Positions 39,727-52,300 of a stretch of 64,000 nucleotides of DNA are shown here, in pieces. The stretch's first letter is position 1, and every line of letters begins with the position of its first letter. Where the stretch lies: positions 17,112,001 through 17,176,000 of the forward strand of contig CM119381.1 in NCBI GenBank assembly GCA_051294905.1, read 5' to 3'. Position numbers and translations under genes: made by a program. The notes below the pieces were generated by a model, which was not told the DNA's origin, ran no database searches, and saw only the letters and a list, made by a program, of their open reading frames with translations. Origin of the DNA: Botryllus schlosseri. Taxonomy: Eukaryota.

Positions 39727-42700
39727 TTAATCCGTCCCGACACTCGAACAAGCCTTCTGTCGAGAGACGTGACCAAAACGAAGCGGAATTCCCCTTCTGA
39801 CATAGTCATGGAAGTTCGCTACTGGGCAAACTGGAACAGCACTGGAATCTGAGAAAAGGAAGTTGATATTTGTATGATATTTAGGAATTTGATTAGGTTC
39901 CACAATCTTTCATAACAAGCAGAGTGGGATTTAACTAGGAAAGGCTCGTTTGAAAGTAGCCTGCCTATTTCATATAGTCTACAAATCTACTTTTGAACCT
40001 ACAATGGAACTATTGCAATGTTAAGTTCAGCTACACATTTAATGCCGCAACCATTTTATCACCTTATCAGATCGTTGAGAGCTTATTTAGAAGTCAGAGA
40101 TAGTTAAAGTTGCCTCTGATTAAAGTGGAAAGACAGTACGAAGCCTAATTTCAAGAGGATTCTCCAATAACAAATTGGAATGGACACATAACGGCAGTTC
40201 TATGTTGATGTTAAATACGAAAACTATTTTCCATGGTCACAATATAACAATTATAATATCCGAGGAATTGTGGAAAATGCAATTCATGCTTAGTTATATT
40301 CTCAAATAGATATACTTTGTTACTAGCCACCTGAATTGTTAGCAAGGAAGTCATGAATAACCTGTACCAGACAACCGACACGGTCGTATATCTTTGGTAT
40401 AGTCTTTTCCATTCAATAAAACTCTGACATATCCATCGTTGTTGTCACGACCAGTCCACAGTTCAAACACAAGCCTTGATCCTAATGGAGGCCATCTGTA
40501 ATTGTTGTAAGACTAAAAGACCGAGTCACAAGCAGAAGAGTCAAAAAATAGTTACCCGTATTCAGGAATTCCCAACGCACTGATGAGAGGCTTCAACGTT
40601 GTATCATGGCCAGACATCAAAACAAAGTCCGGCACTGTTTCATTACCAGGCGTCATTTTTTTTGTCATGAACTTGGACAGAGTCTCCAGCAATGGTTGGA
40701 TGATTAGCATGGAGTGGTTGACATAGGCTGATTCTTCAATCAGCGCTCTGAAAAGGGATATCAAGGTTGATCATAAGGCATTATAAAAATGGATAGCTGC
40801 AGTCAGGGTTGTAGTGACTAGAGTCATTTTTTTAAATGCGTCAAATGACTCGACTCGAGTCAATTTGTGTATCAACTCGACTTGCACTTGAGTCATTGTG
40901 CATGACTCGAGCCAAGTCATATGACTTGAGACTAGGACAGCCAAGACAGACATTTCATTGTAACTTCGAAGAATAGGCTAGTAAAGTAACCAGCACACTA
41001 TTGGGATTTCGTCTATTGGTACTGATACTTGGAAAATAGGCCCAGAAACCGTCAGGAATAAGGAAAATTACGATATTATGAATGCGAGCCATTCTACACC
41101 ACACGAGCAGAGTTGAAGCGAAAACTGAACTGTGAACGACTTGGACTCGAGTCACAGCACTATGACTCGGACTCGACCCTCTACTCACTGACTTGGACAC
41201 ATACTTGACTCGGTGGTGAATTGAAAATGACTCGACTTGACTCGAGTCAAAACTATAAAATTCGATGGACCTCTGACTCGGAACGTTGCGACTTTGTTAC
41301 AGCCCTGACTGTGGTCTATTCCTTATACTTCTGCCGTCCATATTACAACGCAACTGTTTATCCGCTAGACCAGTGGATTACAGATCAATATGACCAATCA
41401 TTTATGACCTTGACCATATGCCGATATGTTACAGTATTTCATCAATTAATCAATTAGGCAATTAGGCAACCATGAACAACACCATTGTTGGACCATGTGT
41501 AGTGTATTAGTATGTATCTAACATTAGCCAAGCGAACATCATAACATAACATAACATAACATGGTTGGGTTATATTTTTGATCTGAACAAGTCACACACA
41601 ATGTACAATGCGATAAGACACAATGCGATGTCATGAACAGATAGGAGGATGTCGAACGACACGCATCAGTAGCGATCCTTTACTCTAACATCCACCTCGG
41701 CCTAGAGTGCCCGATGTCACAGTTCTTTTTCGATGTTGATCTCTTTGAAACCGCGGCCCTTTCTACTAGTTCTTTTCCATTCATTGTGAGTGCTTACTTT
41801 CGTCGGGTCTTTTTCTGGGCTTTTTTGTCGCCGTAAGAACGGCAACGGCAGGGGAAGAGGAGCCCAGATAAACCTCCGACGGGAATCGAACCCCGTCCGT
41901 CTGCGTGCTGGGCGCTTATCGTAACCACTACATCCTTGTCAGACTAGCTTTTAATCTGTAATCTGTATCACAAACTCAAGGTCCCAAGCCATCGCTTTGA
42001 ATCCTCTTGAATGGAGGGCTGGTTAGAAAAATCTGAATAGCTAGGCGTGTCCACAATACCTGCGGCATAATGATGCATATTGCGCAACAGTCAGGGTGGC
42101 CAGCACAAAATTAGGAGGATCAGAATAATATTTGGGAAGAGTGGAGTTTTGTCAAATTTTAATCAAAGAATGCTATGACGAAGAGTCACAGTCAAAAATT
42201 CTTCCGCATGACAGTGAATGATGGAAGGTAGGCTTCTAGATTCATGAAATCACTGCAACTAATCACACAAGAGAATTTACAATGATATGCATCGAAAAGA
42301 ATACCGAACCCTACCTAGTCGTGTTCTCCTCCGCTTCAATTATCTCATTCAAATCGTCTAAAGTGGTGCAGACGTCGCCCTGGCATGGTAACTTGAAACC
42401 TTTGCATAGAAAGCCATTCACGAAACCATCAATGAGCACACCTGAATTTACAAAAACAATGTAGATAAAATCAGCACATTTAAGAATTTACAACATGTTG
42501 AAGTAAAATGATCAATTAATATCGAGGTACTGTTCAATAAACACATAAATTTGTTATTGGTGCCTACAAGATAGCGTAATGATGAAGCGTCCGGCTTCTT
42601 GATCGGTAGGTCGTGGGATCGATCCCTGGCCGGGTCAGACCAAAGACCTGATTAGTAACACTGGTATCCGTGACTTCCCTGCTTGGCGCTCATGCATTAC

Positions 42701-45700
42701 TGGGATAACATGGAGGGGTGGTGCAAGACTTAGAAAGCAGTAAAAGGCTATATCTGCACCTGCCTTGTCCAGCGGCATATACGCATCATGTACTCATGGT
42801 ATGCATATGCACAGATCGTGTGTATGTATATCATGAGTCGGTGCATATGCCGCAAAAACGTCAAGGACAAAAATAAACTACGTCCTTTCCTTTCTTTCCT
42901 TATGAGAATATACTCATTAGTCAGGGTTGTAACCAAGTCACAAGGCTCCGAGTCACAAGTCAATCTCACTTTTATATTTTTGACTCGAGTCATTTTCAAT
43001 TCACGATCGAGTCAAGTCCGAGTCCAAGTCAGCGATCAGAGGGTCGAGTCCGAGTCATGGTATTATGACTCGAGTCCGAGTCCAAGTCATTGTGTTGACT
43101 GCTCAGTTTCCAGTTAAAGTATTGGTGATAAATGATGAGTTGCCATCCTCAGAATCGCAGCATAAGACTATATAATATGTTGGCAGAGTGCATAGAGATA
43201 CTACGATAAACTACAGGAGAAAAAAAATACATCACAACACAGATACCACACGCCAGGATATAGAGAATGTATCCTCTATTGCACGGCGCAACTGTCAAAA
43301 CGCAAACTACAAATTCAGACATAGATTGCAGAAAGAGGCGATTCGTCACGACAACGGCGAGACGAACGACTTGTCGGAAACATGGCTGTTTAGAAATATA
43401 CAATGACGGATTATTTAGATTTGTTCGTGGATGGCGATGAGAACGCATAAATACAACTCCATTATCAACATTTATATGACGGAGACGTACATCCCATATT
43501 CTCGATATCTGTATAATGTTTCCACTAATTGCACTAATACAACAACATGAACTTCCGAAAAGTATAACGAACCCGAAATTGTCAAACCAAATACCTTTCA
43601 AAAACGCGAAAATCATCTATTTTTTTATTCATATTTATGGTGCATTTGGCAACCCTGCTGAGCTTTACTGGCTTTGGATCGGCAGATGGCTCAATTTACG
43701 CGGGAAACGCGGATAACAAAAATATTCGTACGTACGGAAGTCGTACATGCGAACAAAACTTCCTGGCAACCTTGCGCTGAATCATCCTTCCTGATCCTTG
43801 ATTTTATTGCATGAAAAAGTGAGGCGATAGCGCATAAATATTTCTACCATTGCAGATACCATACCATACCACCATGAAGATTCGACGAGTGAAAAGCGAT
43901 AAATTACGTCGTAATGTCAGCAGGGTTGTAACCAAGTCACAAGGCTCCAAGTCACAAGTCAATCTCACTTCTATAGTTTTGGCTCGAGTCAAGTTGAGTC
44001 ATTTTCAATTCCCACCAAGTCAAGTCCGAGTCCAAGTCAGCGAACAGAGGATCGAGTCCGAGTCATGGTATTATGACTCGAGTCCAAGTCATTGTGTTGA
44101 CTGCTCAGTTTCCAGTTAAAGTCTTCCTAAACCCACTTTTTTAACTCTGTTTGGTGATATTGAATGGTTCGCATTTATAATATATCAATTTTCCTCACTT
44201 TTAGCAGTTTCTGGTCGCATTTTCAAGCACCAGTACCAACAAACAAAATCCCAATTATGTGTTGGCTTTGAAATTACAATGAAATGTCGGTCTTGGCCGT
44301 CTGAATCTCGAGTCAATGACTTGCTTCGAGTCATGCGCAATGACTCGAGTCCAAGTCGAGTCAATACACAGATTGACTCGAGTCGAGTCGAGTCATTTCC
44401 GTATTTTGAGAAAATGACTCGAGTCGAGTCGAGTCATCCGAAAATCGTGACTCGAGTCATTACAACCTTGTCATTAGTACACATGAATTGAATACATCAT
44501 TTAAACATCACAAATCTTTCGCTGCGACTATTAAAAAACAATCATACCAGTGTGATCGCCGGCATTGAAAGCCGCAGCTAGCTTTTTAATAGAAGATTTG
44601 CTCCGATGACCGAGATAAGACTGATACTGTACTTTTTTGATCGATGGCAACATGAAAGACAAAGCAGCGCAACGTTGAGAGCTGAAAGTGTCGCTCGCAG
44701 AATATGCGATCTTCGTCTGAAATATCGTCGAGAATATGTTAAACTGCGTTTCTTCAGCAACAGAACACAACCGTACCTCGTATAAATGAAAACCGGGAAG
44801 CAAACCGTACAGAAAACCAACAGCACTTTGCATAGTTCGTGTTCTAGCTGTGGTGACAGTGTATATAGCTTTTTGCAGTTGTTTCCGGTCTCGTAAAGCG
44901 TTATGCAAGAAGTTATGTCGCTCGATGTATCGCTGCCTCAACATCTTACCGTTATGGATGTGCTGGATCTGTTGGATGCACAAACATTTCAATTACGGTA
45001 TGGAGGTGTTCAAAGTAGACACCGATTTTACTCCATTAGGAGAAACGGCTTACAAGTAGAAGCAGCAACTACTCAGACATGTGAAAACTGCTTCAAATAG
45101 TAGTGGAAAACAGTGCTCGACCTAATAGTTTAGTAGAGGGGTGGCATACTTTAGCAGTTAACTGCAGGCGGCTTTCGAGACTGGAAGATGTGTCTTCACG
45201 ACTGACAAAAAATCACTGATGCACCACAAATAGGTGCAATATTCCAATACATATTTAGTTACCGTGACACAGAGGCGGGCGTGTAACCAAGTCACAAGGT
45301 TCCGAGTCACAAGTCAATCTCACTTTGTTAGTTTTGACTTGAGTCAAGTCGAGTCATTTTCAATTCACCACCGTGCCAAGACCGAGTCCAAGTCAGCTGG
45401 TAGAGGGCCGAGTGTTTGACTCCAGTCCGAGTCCAAGTCATTATGTTCACTGTTCAATTCAATCCGGTTCAACCCATTTCTTCCAACTCTGCTCGAGTGA
45501 TATAGAATAAATCGCATTCATAATGTAGTAATTGTCCTTAGTCTTAACAGTTTCTGGCCCTATTTTCCAAGTTCCAGGACTGATAGACGGAATACCAATA
45601 ATGTAGTAACTTAATTATTCTTCGGAGTTACAGTGAATTGTCTGTCTTGGACGTCCTAGTCTCGAGTCATGCACAATCACTCGAGCACAAGTTGAGTCAA

Positions 45701-48700
45701 TACAAAAATTTACTCAAGTCGAGTCACCAAAAAATCGCGACTTGATTCATTACAAATCAGAGGCCATTTAACGAGTTTTTTATGGTAATTTAACTTATAG
45801 TGATGCAAATTTGTTCCCTAACTGCTGTCTCCTTTACAAAATCCATATTTTAAACAGTTTTGCTTTAAAAACAGTTTGAGTAAAAGGAGTAGAAAAACAT
45901 AACTAATTAAGTAGCACGAGTAGACAGAACATAATTGACAAAAATAAAGTAATTCATTACTGACTACGTTGGTCGTGGTAATTAAAAATAATTCTGCACT
46001 GCAAGTGTTCAGGTCTCACTCTTATTTTCGAAAGAATAGAAACAGCAAAGTGGCTCTTTCAGGGCCACTGAAAAACCGGAAATGTTACTGTGGGTATTAT
46101 AACCAGCACAGTAACATTATATTTTTGTGATGCACGGCATTTTTCGCATTTCATCCGAGTGTGTAAATACTTTCGAGAGTCGATATGGCGTTGGTTCAAA
46201 AATTAAATTACATGATACTTACAACACCAAGCTGACTGAGCATGCCTGGACCACAGATTTTGCTGCTTGGTATGGGGGATATCGGCAACTTCTCTCCGCG
46301 TCTAAGCATGCTCCTTTGATCGTCAGGTATTGCTTTGACGAACCGCGCAAGACTCTCCTCCTTTGGACTTTGACCTGGAAATAAACGTCCTAAGCTCGTC
46401 GTGTCACTATTGGTATGTCAAAGAAACTTACCGGGATCAAGTTTGCAGTATTTTGGGACGACACGCAGCCTTCCATACAACTTATGATTCAAGGGGCTCC
46501 TGTCACCGTGGCGGATTACAACCAGTACTTGCCGCAATGTAAGGTTATCTCTGGGACTTATGCCTGTAATTTTGTAGAAATTGAGAAGCAAACATCTCAA
46601 AGCTATGATTTCATTGTTTGAGGCCATTGCGGTACTGCGCAACAGTTAAACAAGGATACGAATAAGGAAAGTTTGTTATTTAAGTCTACCAGTTGAAAGA
46701 GATTTTAATATTGATTATGAGTAGGGCAATTTATTTTTGACATTCCAAAAAAAGTCAAAATTAGGTGAAAGGTGAAGCGTTAGGTCAAAAAATGTCAAAA
46801 TTGTTTTCAAAGTTAAAACTTTTTTGCCACCTGCATTTCGTTTGTATCATAGATTTTACACTGTCGGTGAACTTATCATCAGACATTTTACAGCTTTTAG
46901 CCTACTTCATAGGCCTACCGTTGTAGACGGCCCATTGTCTGCTCATTGTGAATCATAAACATTTAAATGAAGCAAATAGGTGGACATGGTGTCATGCTCA
47001 ACGAACCGCAATATCCCAACTGAAGGAAGACTGCGTGGGCATTTCATGGTTCTTATATCAAGAAGCGCATGATGAAAAATTGTGATGTAGACACCATTGC
47101 CAGAATGAAGCAACACTGTTTGTCACAAGTAGTGTACGCAAAACTTCAGTGTTGTCAGCCAACAACTGCTGCTGTTGAACGATCTTTCTCCATTCTTTGG
47201 AAGCTACTTAGTAAGGACAGACACTTTCTACCCGAGAATGTAGGAAAGTATCTTTCGTTGTACTGTAATTTTTTTAAATTATTTTTACCATAATGCGTAA
47301 TGTAACTGTCATTCTACAATTCAGAGTTGGATCAATTACATTATTTCAGTTCAATTACAATTAAATTACAATTACTCCATGCTAAAAATATCAAATTACA
47401 ATTACAATTACAATTACTCCTTGCATGCTTCAATTACATTACAATTACAATTGCTGCTGTTGAACATGTAATTGAATAATGATAAATTCAACCGTGCTCC
47501 TTGACAACCGTAGCGTCGTAATTAACAACAATTCAAGTATTCATGTTTCATTCATGATACGCAAATACCCAGTAATTAATAAAAGAAAAACGTTTTCGAA
47601 CTATTCCAGTATGCAGTATTGCAGTATGTCGTTGAAAAAAGTATTATAATCATGCACGGGTTGGATTTGCGTATATAGTATATAATTAAAGAAATATTAT
47701 TATTTTTATCGAGGGACGTAGGAATTAGGATGAGGGGTGAAAACAAAACCGTGCTTTGTCAGATAAGACGTTATATAATATCCAGTGGTATGGTTAGTTA
47801 GACAGACGAAGTAACGATGCAGCATCGTGATCTGAAATCGTATTGTAGATTGCCAACCCACGGATAGATGCGCAAGATGTGAGTAACGGATGAATGCACC
47901 GACAAACGTACTGCAGAGCCGGCTAAAAGCAGCAAACTTTGTAGTCCTAGAGCTGGCGATCCAAGTGTCCAAATTTGATGCATCTGGTCTTTATCGTAAG
48001 CTATTGATGCACTAATTCCGAAAATACAAATTAAAATCTCGGAAGGGCAATGTAACTGCTACAAAATAGCCGTTTAAGGCCGCCTGTTCTGAAAAGTGAG
48101 AGCGCCGCAGCAGCATGACCACAACAATGACCAATTACTCCCAGCGATTGTTCAGAACAATGCCGATTCCCAGACCTTCACGACTATTTTGAGATGGTAC
48201 CATTGCCTGGAAATATACTTTTATTGCGGAATCAGTGCGACACTAGCTTTCGATTAGGACCATACATATCAAATTTCGACGCTTGGATCGTTAGCTATGG
48301 GACTATCAATTCTGCTGCTTTTAGCCGGGTCAGCAGTCCGCTTCTCGGCGTATTCAATCGTGAGTCACGTGTTGCGAATCCATCCGTTGGTTAGTAATCT
48401 AATAATTGTATACAATGGCAGCCGAGGCCAGCATAGCGGTAAAAATAAAAAACTTCGCCCGCAGGGGCGCAGTCAAGGGCTTCCGCGAATGGATCCACCA
48501 AATTCCTTGTCGACATTCAAAGAGAATGCATTATAAGTCAATTATTTTATGTTGTGCTTGTCAGGTCTCAATAGCAATTTAATGTAATTGAAATTGTAAT
48601 TGAGCAAAATTTTTGTCAAATTACAATTACAATTACACAAAATAAAAATGCTTCAATTACAATTACATTACAATTATATTGAAATATGTAATAATTACAT

Positions 48701-51700
48701 TCAATTACATTACAAATTACAATTGATCCAACTCTGTTCTACATAGGGACAGATTTCGTTAAAATAAAGTTTTTCTATGTAAAAATTTGTGAGCTTCTCA
48801 GGCAAAAAAGTTTTTTTTCAAGCCGAACTACTTCATAAGGACAGACAGTTCGAACCAGAAATGAAGATAAGTGGTACAATTCTAACATTATGTGGGAAAA
48901 CAAAAAATTTGCATACGTCAGGTTAAATTTGGTCTTTTGTTTTCAGGTAAAAAAATCGACCTAATTACGAGTATTAAGCAGTCTAGCTAGGGTGAATGCG
49001 TTGAGTAGGTATTAGCTAGGCACAATTATTATGTCAGGGAAAAGCTCCAGTAATCCAAAAAATCCCAGATATCAGAAACAAAAAAAGGACGTTAAATAGC
49101 AACAAAAGTCGGAGGTTATTCTACGTTCTGTCATCATATATAGAGTATGCTGAAATAAACTTGAATACAGAACTAAGCTTGACTAGCTAGTTTGTCATCT
49201 CAGAAATTCCCTCAACACTTGCGTTTAGGAAGATTACTGCAAAAATGCTAGTACTGTGTATCCAAACCTACCTTCCTCAGACGTGCCGAAATCAGTGGAA
49301 GATGGGAAGTTACAATAGCGCAACGCCGACGATACATCTAAAATATCAACGTCTTAAAATATCAATTTTCAAGTCCAAGCAACGAATTGGAAAATATAGT
49401 GTACTTGTGAAGCTTCCAGCTTCTTCATTATTAGGTCGTGGGTTCAAAAACCCTGGTCGTGCAAGACCACAAAGACCTGATCCGTAAACCAGTGGTTTCT
49501 TAGCCCAATTTGTTTGGAAAATAGGCTATTTGACTTTACCTGTGCTTGTTATACCAATGTACAAACATTCTGATATCCAAGTGAAAATTTCAATGCTACA
49601 CTACAACCTAATCGACGGGTGAATGACCTGGCCTATCGATGCTGCAATTAGTACCACGTTAGTTATCAGTCCTAGACCCAGAATTGATGGACATGAGCAT
49701 TGAACAAGTTGAGGATTAGCTCACAGTCACAAATACAGCCATCCCGATCTCAAAAATCACTTAATAAATGAAGCGATCAGTACACACGTTCAGCAGTTAG
49801 AAAGTTAAGATACTAAAGGTATGCACATAATAAGGTATAAATAAATTTTCAAATCATAGCTTCAAGCATACTTCATGGTATATCTTACCAGTGCTTTCTT
49901 TATCATTAGGCTTGGGAGTAATAGGACTGGAGGAACTTGAAAAGTTGATCCCGTGATGAATTGGTGCTTCTTTCACACAGAAGTAGACTGAAATTATGAG
50001 TACATATGCTAGGTACGCATTGCAGACTCACAGAATCCCATAGTGCAGAAACGTGAAACTGTATGTGGCAGTGTTGGGATGACTCGAGTCATGACTTGAC
50101 TCGAGTCACCTTTTTCGTATGACTTGACTTGACTCGAGTCACTTTGCTAAAATGACTTGACTTGGCGTACCAGAAATGTGGATTGACCCATGACTCGGAG
50201 CAAAATTCACGAGTCAATTTCAAGTCATAAAGTAATCGGTGTCGATAAAATATCTGTATCTTGCATATGGTCGGATTGTTCGCGAAACGCTGGTGTAACC
50301 TGTGAGAGCTACCAATCATTCAATGATCGTGCGTTTTACTGAGCCTCCAATGTTCCCTCACAAATAAATTGACCACGAACGAAGTGATCGGTATAGTAAA
50401 GTCATTTAACAGCAAAATCTCTATCTCCGTTCTTGCCTTAACCTCTTGTTTTATTGATACTGAATTCTAATATAGTTTATGTAGTCCTTAACATTGGCGC
50501 AGGCTCTTGTGTTGTATCATATCAACTTGTAAATGGGTAACGTATTGCAAGTTATCAATTCGTTTCTTTATTCTCTATTTGGCTGGTAACTATAAACTGA
50601 GCATATGCAATTACTTGCTTAGTTTAGCAGTTCTACGTATATGTGAATGATACAGCGCCTTCTTGCGCGTATATTGAGCTCTATATTTATTCATCGGTTC
50701 AGAATCAATGACCACTCAATATGTATTTCAGACAGCTAGCAAAATGCAACGACGTTACCTTGCCTCATGCTTCGAAAAGGCAACTTGACTTGAATTGTGA
50801 CTTGACTCGTGACTTGACTTGACTCGAGTCACCTCCAAAAATCGAGTGACTTGACTTGACTCGAGTCAAAATGTGCAATGACTCGAAATGACTCGCGACT
50901 CGAAGGTAGTGACTTGATCCCAACACTGGTATGTGGTGCGAGGTATTTAGTAACTTCCTCAAGGTTCTGCCAAGAAAAAAAATGAAGCAAAGAGAAAATT
51001 TTGCAAGGCATTTTGCACAGAAGCATTAAAATAGTATGTGCACACTACAGCTGTTCAAATTAAACTTTTGTCCCAAATTTCATCGACGTTGTGATCAATG
51101 TTAGGGATGCATAAAGAATACTGCACACCACATTTGGCTCGTTTCCAAGCAGTGGCATCAGACTAATTTGAATTAGAAATTTCAGCCATTTAAAATATAG
51201 TATTTTATGTAACAAATTTCATCACTTTGCTATGACCAAAATTATATTCAAGTCATGCCCGAAAAGGACCAGTGATTAAAGTTCCCCCTAAGCTGTCCGC
51301 GTGCGCGCCCGGGCACTGCATGAAATGATGACGTTTTTTCAGTCGTTACGCACTGTTGTACAAGGGACCGCGCAGCGAGTTGGTGAGTGCGCGCAGACTC
51401 ATTAAAAATTAGACGGAACTTTGCCTGTGATCAAGTTTGGATAAAGACATTGTCAATTAATGAAAAAATATTTGACATTGATTAGCTAGAAATTTTCCAA
51501 CTTCATTGATATGATTCTAAAATATATATTTTCCACCGCTTTGGTGTGCACTGTACGATTTTGATGCAGGCAACAGTGGAAATTGTACTCCTTGGTCATC
51601 ATTCATCTTCATTTTTATTTATTTTAAATCAATATTGTATTCACATTTAAATCTTACCGACACAAATAACACTCGAAACGATGCAGACGACGAAGCCGAT

Positions 51701-51733
51701 CACCAGCAAGTAATGAATCTTGCTTTTAGGCAT
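39727..51733 (-). CDS. PXYLP1: 2-phosphoxylose phosphatase 1 (ACPL2-like), a type II Golgi histidine acid phosphatase
   Basis: Approximate exons: 51658-51733 (MPKSKIHYLLVIGFVVCIVSSVICV, signal anchor), 49888-49988, 49273-49345 (YCNFPS), 46431-46561 (VIRHGDRSP), 46223-46374, ~44775-44975 (IQHIHNGKMLRQRY, RTMQSAVGFLYGLLP), ~44550-44715, 42315-42442, 40557-40747 (SGHDTTLKPLISALG), ~40365-40492 (SRLVFELW), 39727-39848. Phases are consistent; the RHGxRxP and HD motifs are intact. Confidence 0.9.
40804..41307. mobile_element. GACTCGAGTC-family MITE in a PXYLP1 intron
   Basis: cagggttgtag / ttacagccctg termini and gactcgagtc repeats. Confidence 0.8.
41521..41945 (-). mobile_element. tRNA-derived SINE with an (ATGTT)n tail
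   Basis: A-box-like tgtagtggtta and B-box ggttcgattcc on the minus strand, with a (cataa)n run at 41521-41542; homologous to 11930-12235. Confidence 0.75.
42570..42730 (+). mobile_element. tRNA-derived SINE with a Meta-domain-like core; partial copy at ~49430-49480
   Basis: tagcgtaatg...gggatcgatccc head followed by ggccgggtcagaccaaagac...ttccctgcttggcgctca. The Meta assignment is from memory of the consensus. Confidence 0.55.
42922..44470. mobile_element. Composite GACTCGAGTC-family element: truncated left end, ~800-bp cargo, then a full MITE
   Basis: TSD TCATTAGT at 42914-42921 and 44471-44478; a second left terminus starts at 43921. Confidence 0.85.
45281..45750. mobile_element. GACTCGAGTC-family MITE (degenerate)
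   Basis: Begins gtaaccaagtcacaagg; its interior matches the copies at 7735 and 37144. Confidence 0.7.
47069..47293 (+). pseudogene. hAT transposase C-terminal fragment of the CGGBP1-related type
   Basis: KLQCCQPTTAAVERSFSILWKLLSKDRHFLPENVGKYLSLYCN matches the VERSFS..K..L...R..F..EN+..Y+.+YCN pattern. Confidence 0.75.
47322..48736. mobile_element. MITE with CAGAGTTGGATCAATT termini, (AATTAC)n subterminal arrays and diverged internal inverted arms
   Basis: TIRs read directly; 47780-47990 is inverted relative to 48230-48400. Confidence 0.8.
50069..50928. mobile_element. hAT MITE (CAGTGTTGGGAT termini, GACTCGAGTC repeats) in PXYLP1 intron 1
   Basis: Exact 8-bp TSD GTATGTGG (50061-50068, 50929-50936). 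Confidence 0.88.
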
Positions 51734-52300
51734 GATTGCTTCCGTACATTAGGTCCATACAGCTGTCTTTCGACATAGTTTGGTTGGTTTCAGACGAAGT
51801 ATTCAGGCATTGACAGAGAGACGGCCAATCCGTTGCAGCATATAGCTAGGACATAATCTAATGCGACAGCTTATGTCTGAAATGAGGATCACATTTGAGT
51901 AAAAGGAACATAAAGTCCACTATCCAAAACTAATGCGAGTCACATGATAATATCCTCATATGTGGGATATACTAATATATATATATACTATATATACTTA
52001 TAACACACTTACGCCATTTACATTTTGTTTTGTCTTATCTTCCTGTAGAAACTATGTATCAATATTATACAAAACATGCACTTAAAAATCAGATTATATG
52101 ACATATTAATTTCAGTAAAAACACAATAATAATCATAAAAACAATATATTACGTTATACATTGAAGACCGCCGTGTTCAGTTCAGTACAGTATTTCAATA
52201 GCAACAAAAGAATCGTGTTACGTTACTTCCTCCACTCAAGGAGTGGAAAACATATACAGTCATGACTGGGACGGTCAATCTTTCGGGTTGACCTGGATTA

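Noticed and set aside
50010-51026. Apparent PXYLP1 exon disrupted by the MITE at 50069-50928
   Set aside because: A better first exon with a signal anchor and the correct phase exists at 51658-51733, placing the MITE in intron 1.
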